DNA of 60,762 nucleotides, filler included, from Perkinsus olseni (Eukaryota): NCBI GenBank assembly GCA_013115125.1. It is 3 parts of 3 records of this genome, joined end to end, with 100 filler letters (N's around TTAATTAATTAA, not from the genome) between each part and the next. Parts side by side here need not be neighbours in the genome. Positions count along the whole stretch, not along the records: positions 20,337 to 40,518 come from JABANN010000583.1; 2 more parts are not named here. One strand, 5' to 3'. Shown piece by piece: positions 24,520 to 35,500 of this stretch (position 1 is its first letter; each line of letters starts with the position of its first letter). The notes under the pieces were generated by a model. It saw only the letters and a program-made list of their open reading frames with translations, ran no database searches and was not told where the DNA came from. The position numbers and the translations under genes were made by a program.

Positions 24520-27500
24520 ACTACTGCCAAGCACAGCGGAGAGGCATCGTCATCATCATCGTCAGCTTGCGGACGATAAAGATTCCACTAGAGGGCCGAA
24601 GGTGGTGTTGGAGGCTTTCTGACACCTCTAGCTGTCGTACTTTTCCCAGGTTGAGGGACTGTTGAGATCGGTGAGTGTGGCACTGAAGAACGACTTGGAT
24701 GATGATGACGACGACGATGCTTCGGATGTGTGCGAAGGAGAGGATGGTATGCTTTGGGTGGGGATCGAACCGGGAACCTTCGGAATGGCAGGTCGAGGCA
24801 GCAAGACGAAGGGAGGATCTTTGACAAGAGTCATTCCAGCTCACTTCTCGGGGTCTCGGCCTGCCAAAGTATGATACCCCTCCTTTACGAAACCGTTGCG
24901 GAATGTAGTTCATCGAGAATTGCTCATGATGTTCGTCGGCCTGTCTGGCAGTTCTCGCTCGCCCGCTAGGATTCGCCGGAGGCTACCGTATCGTGAATTG
25001 AACCAATGAATCGACTTTGTGGCGATGAGGATGGGGAGCATCTTTTATTGTTGATGGTCTGTGCAGGACCAACTGCGGCAAGAGTCGAAGGACTACCAGG
25101 TGAAAGCAGATAACATTCTGGACAAACTCAACACTGAGTGGGTCATCTCATCAAGCGTAAAATTTCAGTGGTGGACAGGATGTCGAACGTGCGGCACATT
25201 TCGGGCTCTCACTAGCTGCAGCCGCCTGTTGACATCATAATTTTCGGCACGTCGGTTCGTTGTGATGTTGGTCGTGAGGTCCGCTCTGGCAACCGCTATA
25301 GTTGCTAGTGCCGGATACATACGAGACCCCACTGAGTTGTCCACTCGAGCAGCTTCGACCGAGGCAGGGCCGAAGCCGTGCTTGGGACCCTGACTGCACA
25401 CGAAGAGAGCACCTTTTTCCTAGGCTCTGGAGGTTTCATCTCCTCGGTGCTTCTTCTGTTGATTGCGGAGCTACTTTTCCTCCTTCAGACACATGCACGG
25501 CGTTAAACGAGGGAATAGGATCGCGGACTTTGTCTTAAATCGGTCTGCGCTGGCGCCAGGTGAGACGAGTATCGGATGGAGTGGTAGGGGTGTAAGCGGT
25601 TAAGAGTAGAACGAACTGCAGTAGTAATTCTGAACACGTGTAACACGCTTGTGTGACTTCCTTCGGCACTCAGCTTCCGTCAGGTCCGAATAAGAATCCT
25701 CTCGGTAACAATCGATTCATTTCGTTCCCGCCTAACGCCAACACAAGCAGTACTACTGAGATGAGCCGGGAGAGAGCGATGGTAGAATCTGGGAAGTGGT
25801 GGTAATCTTGCAATCTTGCTATTTCTCAACGGTCCTTTAGATGATGGATTTCCGGTCGGTGCTGCCTGGAGAAGTACCCCCATCTGCTGAAGCTGCAGAG
25901 ACTCAGATGCAGAAGCGATTATCGTTAGAGGGTCTTGAAGGGGTGAGAAAAGTACTCTGGGCGGGACTTGAACCCGCAACCTTTGAATTAGAAGTCCAAC
26001 GCTCTATCCGATTGAGCCACCAGAGCTCTTGTTTGTGTCGGCTATATAACATTGTCCTCACTTTCAGGATATCGAGCAAGAGAGTTCCAATCGAGGTAAG
26101 CCTCTCATTCTTGGCCACCGCGGCCTTGATATTGTAAAGCCGTTCGACTCTAGCAAACTTCACTTCACTTGCCGCGTGACGTTACTATACTGTTACGCAC
26201 GCAAAAGCTTTGCTCAACTCGCCGTGTGACTACTGAGTTCTACGGGATCAAGGACTTTCGAACCCATCCCATCGTGAATTATTCTTTGGCTGGTATACCT
26301 GTCCCTTATTCAAGCTATGGCGGTTGCTAGCATTCTGTGCTTTTCCTCTTCTGAGAACTTCTCAGTGAGAAGCATACGTGCGGAAGTCCATGTCGATTCC
26401 TTGAAACTCGCTGACCTTTCCCTTCATCATCAGAGGGTCGGCTTAGTTACTAACGACCAACACTGGCGGCCTTCGATTGAGGAGAAGCGGCAGAGAGGTG
26501 AGCCCTCTTCAGGGGTGTTGTTCTATTGGGGGTGTCTTGTAGCAGGGGTTCGGCGGAGGCAGAGGCTTGCTGCGGGTAGTGAGCAGGCGGAAGTCTCCCA
26601 ACGGTGAGTCGGGAGTGTCTGGAAGATGGCGGTGGTCCTCCTAGGCGTGGAAGACTATTGTTGTTTTGTGGAGAACTTACTGTCGTATGATGGCGGCTTA
26701 TTCGCGTCAGGGGATTTGTTATCTCACGCTCGGTTAGAAGTCTCACCCGTGGCTCTTCCCGGTCGGGGCTTCCCCGATTGACAACGTGAACGGTCGAGAG
26801 GAGTGAGGCTAGTAGTTGTCGCCTCGGCCGCTGAGTTGGACAGGCTACCAGTCTGTAGACGGCGAGCTAGATCGTGACGTAGCGCCATGGTTGCGTCAGA
26901 GAGGATAGCGAGGTTCTCCATGTTAGTGGGATCGTCTACCAATCGGCCTGGCAGCGGTCACCTGAGTTCGCTTCACTGGGCGTATCTTTCAGAAACTACG
27001 ACCCTGGTCGTTTTAATACGAACAAGACGGTCAGTTCGGGCGGGCTCTCAGTAGGGTGATCGAGGAGAGGGGAGGTCCCGGGTTCGATCCCGGGATGCGC
27101 CGTAGCCCATAATGATTACCCGTTTGATGATATCTTGTTGTCGCTCTTTAGCGTTGAGTGGAGTTTGTCAGCTGTCACGCGCCACGAAAATAGGGGTGCG
27201 CCCGGGCCTCTGTGGACCTGAGTAACTGCGAGGGTCAAGCTGCGTATCTTTGCTAGTATCTGACTGAGAGGGTGTCAAGGACAATCGCTAGCGCTTGCCG
27301 AAGATACGCTCCTGATACCTTGAGGTTAACCTGTGTGAAGCAACAATGATGAAGATATTCGTGTTGTCTATGTCGTCTCTCCCACCATGACCGATCTTCG
27401 ATGGTTTTGATAGCCTGGTGAAATCGGTGAGCACAATCACCGTGGCGTTATGCCCGTTGTAAATCGTTTTACCGTTAAGCGCTCGATTCGCGGTCTACGG

Positions 27501-29000
27501 AAGGTTTTCTAGCTTCCGCTACTGTCCGCATGCCGAGCGAGTTGCAGAGGCCATCATCATCATCCAAGACGAACTCAGGTCAACTTGGAAGAATTGCAGC
27601 TCTTGGGATAGAGGGTCGAGTGTCCGCACAGGCCTGATTCGGAGGGTGGGGCATGGCTAGAGGTTGATGCGGGAAGGTCAAGCGTGCAGCAGATGGAAAA
27701 AAAGATACCATCGTGGATGAGTACTGTGCCGAAGTTCTTCTGAAGGGCGATCGGACATCATCTCTATGGACTTCTTTGTATCAGTTTTATATTATGCCAC
27801 ATGCCGGGATCGAACCAGAGACCTACTGACAGGAGGCCCCAACAGTCCACCTTCAGACTCAGGCCCGATCAGCTAGAAGTGGGCCATGGAAGAGTGATGA
27901 ATTTAGTGGCGCGTGACGCTATCATGATCGATCCCCTGGTCAGATTTCGCATCGTCAACCTCGGTCATCCCGAGGCCCCCCTCCTCTTCCGTGTCGTCAC
28001 TTCCCCGCGGAAGATGAGGAGTCGACCGGTGAGCCGCGAATCTAAGGTTGATGCTTGCCGGATACAAATCAGCTCCTCATTGCAAGACTCCCCTGCGCTC
28101 ACTAGACCTTCCTCAGTGCCACTGCGATCCTCGGATGCTGGTAATACCAGACTCGATCGAGAGAACAGAGTACTGCAACGGCAGCTAGACCAGCAACGAC
28201 GCCGTGTCGAGGACATGTCCGACGTACTGCGGTACTCGAGGGAAGAGCGGCAAAGGCTGGAGCACCAGGTGAGGGGAGGGGGCTTATCGAACTTAGACGG
28301 GCTCATTTCTGGAAGTTGCACTTTAACGAGAAGGGCGGACCGTGAAATTAGAAACTAACGCGTTCAGGAACGTCTAGAACAACGGCTATAGGGTCTAACG
28401 GAGAAACTGATTCAGCATTCAAGGGATTTTCTGAGAAAATGGTGAATGGGCTCGGTGAGATAATACGATTCGTCGACGGAGCCTCCCTTAACAATATTGA
28501 TGCTTCGATGGGAATGCTAGACAGTTTATTCTCAGTCGAAGTGTGTCCGTCTTGATGGTCGCCGTTCAAGGCTTAGGAAGGTCTTTGCTGCCGTTATTTC
28601 TTCGTGGGACACTCTTAGAGATGGGCGACAGTACGGGTACGGTCTGGTACGGAGTACGGTACGGGTAGTACGAGTACGGCTCCGTACTAACCGTACTACC
28701 CGTCGCAGCGGTTCCCAAGTACCGTACTAGTACGCCGTACTTGAAGTACGGCGTACTTCCTCGGCCGTACTTTCCTCGACCTCAGTACGGTTGCCCAGCT
28801 CTAGATGCTCTCGCAATTTTCTCCAGAGGAGTCGGTCGGCTCTTAGACGATTCAGTTTTGCTACCGACATGAATGAAATGCTTCTTCATGACGACCTCCC
28901 CCGCTGTTCAGATGAGAGAGGCTGATGCTGCTTTAGATGAGTCGCAAAGTATGCTGGATGGCAATAACGCGATGAAGGAAATGTTGGCCAAGGAATTGTG
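24520..29000 (+). CDS. Hypothetical multi-exon coiled-coil region, possibly the 5' part of the Sfi1-like gene
   Basis: GT/AG-bounded exon-like segments, e.g. RLDRENRVLQRQLDQQRRRVEDMSDVLRYSREERQRLEHQ (about 28150-28268) and MREADAALDESQSMLDGNNAMKEMLAKEL (about 28912-28998). Confidence 0.5.
25953..26026 (-). tRNA. tRNA-Arg(UCU), antisense within an intron of the + strand gene
   Basis: Reverse complement GCTCTGG TGGCTCAATCGGATAGAGC G TTGGA-CTTCTAA-TTCAA AGGTT GCGGG-TTCAAGT-CCCGC CCAGAGT A, followed by a T-run. Complete cloverleaf. Confidence 0.95.
28616..28803. mobile_element. hAT-like MITE (188 bp) with GTACGG subterminal repeats
   Basis: Left end TAGAGATGGGCGACAGTACG versus reverse complement of right end TAGAGCTGGGCAACCGTACT. 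The 8-bp flanks are GACACTCT and GATGCTCT (6/8 identical). The interior is packed with GTACGG/CCGTAC. Confidence 0.75.
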
Positions 29001-29516
29001 AGCCGCTCGAAAAGAGTCGTGGCGTGCATGAACACTCATGATATCGTTATAGTGCTTTTACTAATCGCGTTTGAATTATTATGGACAGGATTTTCCTATT
29101 TCGCATGGCGTGAATTTACAGGTATTTCGTGAGAAACGCGTAGGAACCTAATTACTCTTTTGTGAAGTTTTTTCAGGAAGTATCTTTGTTCTACTCGTGC
29201 ACGCAGCAGAACAGCTCGACTTAGTATCAGAATTTTACCGGTGTCATGAAGAGAACTTCATCATTTTCAGGTTCTTTTCAGGTTGAAGAGTACCTGGTAC
29301 TTATGTAGCTCAGACGGAAATTCCAATTTTTTTTTCATTTTTCGTCATTTTTCGAAAAATATTTCCGTTATCTGCTCCCTCGCGAGAGATTTCCGGTACT
29401 TAGTTCAAAGTGATTCGACAGTCTTCAAAGTAACCCCGGTTTTCGGGAAAAATATAATTTTCGTTAACAGCAGAAAAATCTGTCCCCTTCTCTGCTCGGA
29501 TTTTTCCAATTTTCAG

Positions 29517-32500
29517 AGACAGTTGTCGCCGAGATTTGCATGCCGTCTGCTTGGGCGTCATCGAAGTGGGTTGTCTCGTGCCGAGCTGTGGTGGCGGAAT
29601 GGGGAAGCCTGGGGATAGTACGCAGGTAGGGGATGGAGGTCGCGGGTTCGAATCCCAGGGGGTGTGTTTCGGCTGCTCCTGCAGGATTTGTCGAAAGCGC
29701 TGATCGTGAGCTTGCGATTAGTAGTTGCGAAAGTGGAGATTTGGATGTTTCGCGCGCCACGAAATTGCTTAGGTCATTCTGGACAGAGCAAGGGCGGAGC
29801 TCCTGAGGTTGAACGAGTCGCTTCACAAGAGGCCGCTCAGTCATCCGGCATCGGTCGTCGGCAAAGTAACCAAATCGATCGCGTGATCGATTATGATCCG
29901 TGGGTGTTAGATTTTAGGTGGCGCTCTCAAGAGATCTGTGAGATCTGCGATGTCCGAATGGGGTGGTATGCTTGAAAGATACCGCGATACTCTCGCCGTC
30001 ACAACAAAGAGGTCAGAGCCTTCACCCTTGCTCTTCATGCATGTAAAAGATACTCCCTCGTCGGGCTGTATATCTAACAGAACGCCCTTGAGAATTCGGC
30101 GTCATCCAGTTACTTCAATACGAGAAATTCAACATACTCGAACTCCTCGTCCCCTCCTCAGCTTTCTTCGTTGGCGTCTCTGGACTGCATCCAGGAGGGA
30201 TGCTAAGCACAGGTTGGCTGCCAAACACGCGTTTGCCGTTTTGCGCAGAAGGAGCGCCTTTGACCGTTGGCGACTGTGGAGGCGTCATGTTGCAGGGGTG
30301 AGCATGGAGTTGCTGGGATTGAATATTTTCGGAAAATTCTAGAAATTTCCTGACAGTTGAGTAGTGCTGTCGAGATTTTTCTTGATCGATTGGAAAATTC
30401 ATAGTCCGTTGCGGAAGCCAGCGGATTTCGTTCACTCTCACGTCGTCTTCTTTTTGACGAGATATTTTGGAATAAAATTTTTAATACCGTGCGTGGCTCT
30501 TATAATTCCTTATTTTTCGTGGTGATTGTTCGTAGTGCTGGTGGATCGTTGGACATACTGAGAATCTTATATCACGAATCATAAGGTTGACTTCGACCGT
30601 CACGGTGGAATGGCAGCTCGAGAAATCTTGCACCCTCCGCAGATGCTCTCGTTGTGGACGGCGGGACGTCTGCTGGCTATCCAGAGGAGATGTGTAATTT
30701 CGTGGCGCGCGACGGTGGCGGCGAGACGAAAGCGAAGAGAGGAAGAGAGAATCAGGGTGAGTGACCCGAAATTACCGCGCGCCGCGAAATTGCTGACATG
30801 GAGTCGGCATGATGGAGAGCTCCTTGTCCTCAGGTCCTGAAGGCTCTAATTTCGTGGCGCGCGGTCACAGCAGTCAGGGATGATGCTCGATCGTATTATG
30901 AAGGAGTGATTGTAAGTGGATGTTACGAGAATCTTCATTCCGTGTTGACCTTGCATGTGGAGGTCGAGCATGTTGGAAAGATACTCATTGCACTATTAGA
31001 CACAATATACAACAGCACTCACCATCATTCTTAGTCGTAAGAAGCACACTCCTCTATCGCCACGGTTCAGGCGAATACTTTCGCGCGTCGTGAGCGGGCA
31101 GAGATTCTGCGGTTTTCGTTTCTCTCATGGAGATGGATTGGTCGATCGCAGCAGCGGGAGCTCACCGCAAGGAGGTCTACTGAGGTCGCGAGGTGGGTGA
31201 ATCGATCGACTGATCGATTTTCGTTTTTGCGAATCAGCTTTTTGGAAAGGTGGTCTCGAGGCGCTGGACTTTCGTTTATTTTATTACACTAGGGTAAAGA
31301 TAAACCATACTGACATATTACCTTCATGTGACTTGGGAGATATGGTAATCTATCAGAAAAGTGTTTGATACCGAGAATTCTTCCCGATCATTTTGATCGA
31401 TCACGATGGCGCGCGCTTTTTGAATTGCTCAGGTATCTTGCCGTTCAGAGTGCCTTCGTACAGTGGCGGCGATGTCTTGTGATTGCTGCAGATAGGAGGC
31501 TCGGGGTTTTTCAAGGATGCGTTATTTTGCGGAATATTTTGGTCGGGAGGATCGGACAGGCTGGTGAGATCGTATCGATCACGCGATCGATTTGCCGATG
31601 GTCGTTTGTGCTTTGTGCCCATTCGGTTGAACGTAATTTCGTGGCGCGCGAGAATATGACTGGGTGTTTTGTCTTAGTCGCTGGTCTGAGGGAAGTAGTG
31701 GCACGTCAGAGCACTGCTGAGCGGCTGGAAAAAGTAAGTCGTCTTAGCGGAACGAAGCTGCTGAAAATTCGGGAACGCCTGCCAAACATGAAGTGATGGG
31801 TGCAGCGGTCATTGTTGTTGATTCATTTTGGTATTGGAGGTTGCTACTATCAACTCTGCCATGTTGCGGGAAGCTTTTGCGTCGCACTCCGCGGAATGCG
31901 TTAGTGAAACGTTGAAGAGATTCCACTGCTGCAACGCTCCGCTAAGCTTTCGGACATTTTCGTTTCAATTGATAGATTTTGGGGTATTTATCTGCTAATC
32001 AGGTTGTCGGTGTGGTTGCTTCTCACCGCCCTCCACCATCACTTGGGTTGGGCAGTTGCAAAGTTATATTGAGAATCTGGCGGAGCGAAGCACACAGAGT
32101 TGGTGATCAGGTGACACCTTGCGCGGTTTAATAACGCGGATTTAAGAAGAGTGTAGACGACTGTTGCCGTGAGAGAATCGATCGTGGCAGCTGGTAGTTG
32201 CTAGATACGACACAGCGACAAGCTGGCTAGGAGGGCTCTTCTGGAGGCTGCGAGACGAGCTTTCACTTTTTGGAGGTGGGGGAGGGTTCACTCTGGCGAT
32301 ATTCGGAAGTACATTCTTGCGGGTGTGAGGGCGACTTAGTATCTTAGCTTGACCATGGGGTGTTACGGAACGTGAAGATTCTTCACGATCTTTTTGGAGG
32401 CAATCGATTTGGTATGTGGCTGTTGAAGCACTTTGGGAGAAATAGATGGCACGGACGTCGGTGGGGGTGTCAAGGGAATGATGAAAAATATCGAGTGTGT

Positions 32501-35500
32501 CGTTGGAAATACTTCAAGTTCTTCAAAGTCAGGCTTCAAGTTTGGATACGTTCAGGTTTGTAAGTCGAAGTCGCCGCTCGAGTAGGACGCTCGAGAACCT
32601 AGCAAGCTTGCCGGTGAGATGCTTGACCGCTAGATTCGCTTTCGCTCTGCCGGACTATCGAACTAATCGCCGCGACGAACTGCTTGGCCACCATTCGTCA
32701 CCATTTTTTGCGACAAGTGCGATACGCTCTCCGGTGGTTCAATTTTCACAAAGCGATACCCAACGAAATTCGGCGTCTCAGAAACTATATTTGTTTCTGT
32801 TGAAGTGTTTTTCTGGCACGCTGGATTAAAAAATTTTGATTCTTCTGAGTTTGTCCATGGAAAGGTTTTGATTTCAGCTCTGCCGCACGCGGAAGAATCT
32901 GAAGACGAGTATCTTCGGCCATTGGCGGAGGCAGTATCAAATGGTTTGTGAAGAGCGAGAATTGCTGGTTGTTAATTTGAAGAAAAAAGTACCGCTTCGC
33001 TCCGCTAGAAGTTTGATTTATTCTTTCAGTGTCTTTTGTTGTGGTTTTTTGCGACGAAGTCGGCGGTTGAACAATCTGAGATGATGAAACCGTTGGATGC
33101 TGCCCTCATGGAAAAAGTGAGCCGAAGTTGGTAATTTCGTGGCGCGCGACAAAAATTTGGACGAATGATTCGTTTGCTTCTCTGGCGGGTGGGTGAAGAT
33201 ACGGAAAACTTGGAGGTTGGGCGCACCTTTCTCTGGTTTTCCTGATTTTTTACCGGGATGTTTTTTCTGTATCCGGCTGTTCTTCATCAGGTAATAATTT
33301 CGTGGCGCGCGAGGGTTCATCGGACGAGAGGGGCGCGAAACGGCGCTATTGTGCTTGGGCGAATCATAGAAAAGTTAATGCGGAAGGTGAGTAGTCAATC
33401 GATCACGTGATCGATATGCTCTGTCTATGAGAAACTGATTCAAACACTCCCAGCGGCTGAGTCCCTCTATAGAGCATCAGTTCGCGGTCCGGCTCAGGAA
33501 TTTTTTCCCGGATTTTCGGAAAATTCTGCTGAACTTTTTCAATTTCAGATCTTCTTTTCGAAGGGCATAGAGGCCCTCAACAGGCATGCGAGTATGATGC
33601 ACAAGAGGATGACGCTGAGAAGAATTCGCCACGAAATTGCAGCTGGCTCCGATCTGCAGGTGGGGGCTGCATGGGTGCCGTCATCGCTCTATCGAGGTGC
33701 TCATCTTTTTTTGCGGAAAATTTTGTTTTTGGACTGTTTTTCGGGGAAATATTGCCGCGTTGTTTCGATTTTCAGGCGAAGGTGGACTTTTTCACGGAAT
33801 GAAATTTTCGAATCTGGATCGCTTCGCTCCGCCGGCAGGTCCTGTCGGAATCATTCAATATTTGGTCTCGAGTTGCAGCGAGGCGACGGGGCGCGAAGGC
33901 CTTCCAGAATTTCCGCAAAGGGAAAATTTTGGGCGGTATAATTCGAATGTGGCGAGAAGAAGTCAGGTGTGACTCAGCGGCGACCCTCTGTGCGTGGAGA
34001 GCTGTCTCAGGGTATCCAGACGGGAGCGCACTCTGAAGGATACGCTATCATCCATGGCTGAGACGAGGTTGAAAGATACGCTATCGCGAATCTTGTGGCA
34101 ATGGTCAAGCTGGGTGAGTGGGGAGGGACGGGTTTATATTTTTGGAGTCCGGATCTGGACTGCTCAGAAAAAATTGGAAATTACGTCGAAGATGAAGATC
34201 GAGCGAGTGGACTCATAGAACACCATGATCAACCTAAGATACGCGTTGCTGATCAGTATCTCCTTCGTCAGCATGCTGTTAAGGAAAAAACTTCCACGCT
34301 TGCACAAGATAGCCACGGTCAGGGCGGAATCCATGAAAGGTTTTGAACGCGCGATGAGTATCTTAGGTCGATGCTTGGAGGTCACAGAAATTTGGGAGCT
34401 GTCATTCACTTCAGGCACGCAGCGGGAAGATTTTGCGCAGCATGATCATCGCGAGGACGGAGGAGTTGAATCGAGAACTGCTCACTATGGCGGTTGACGG
34501 GTGGAAAGTTGTAGGCGTTTCTCGCGCGCCACGAAATTATAGAGAGTGAGGAAGGACGGCGTATCCTTGCCATTGAGTGAAGTATCTTAGCTTGAAGCTA
34601 GGAGATTGTGAAGGGATAAGATACTTCTCGGGCGTTTCAGATAGTACTTAAGTGTAATACACGACGACAGTGTCTCCATCAAGAGCTCGGCCAATCACGC
34701 ACGCGGAAGATACTGGTAGGCCCTGATCGGAGTACGCCGTACCGTAAAATGAGCAATTCGTGGAAATTTCACGAAGGAGAATTTCGATACCACATTTCCT
34801 GGGCCAATCTCACTTTCAACGTGCATGGGGAAATACTGTTTCGAGCGCTTAGCTCATCACGAGCAACTCTAGGCCTTTTTCACTGGTGAAAAACAAGCAC
34901 CATGTCAATCGGATTTTTTACCTCACTTGGCTACCGTATCTTTACTGAGCTCAAATAGGGTGTCGTGCCGGGAGGGAAGAAAGTATCTTGAGTTCATCTG
35001 AGCGCGTCTTGCTCTGCTCAATGAACTTCCCTTTGAAACAAGATACGTGTATGTTGTAATTTCGTGGCGCGCGGTCAGAATTGGAGAGTGATTCGCCTCG
35101 GAGGGTGCTGTAGATAATTTCTTGGCGCGCGACTTTTTTTCAGAGATACTGGCTCCGTGTGATTGGTCTTGAGCGATCTGATCGTCTTTATAGTGCGATG
35201 TGTTCCCAGCGCATCCGCAGAACGAAGGCTGAACGATTAAGGTGGGTGAAAAACTCCGCTATGTGATTTTTTCCCCTCTGAGTGATAAATTTCCCACGAA
35301 AATTTCGTTTATCGGCCTCACGAGAAGGCTTTTTCCAGAGAAACACTACAAAATGGATACATCACGGATCTCGTTCAAAACTCTCTCCAATCTCGCTGCT
35401 GGCGTTCTCCCCAAGTTGTTATCATTTGTGAGAGTTTGCCTGGCGAGTGGTAACTTTTGTATTGGAAAGGGAAGTACCGAGAGACGTTGCTTGATTGGAG

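Noticed and set aside
27030-27102. Complete tRNA-Pro/Ala gene
   Set aside because: Only the variable loop, T-arm and 3' strand are recognisable, with no D-arm or anticodon arm. Treated as an orphan 3'-half.
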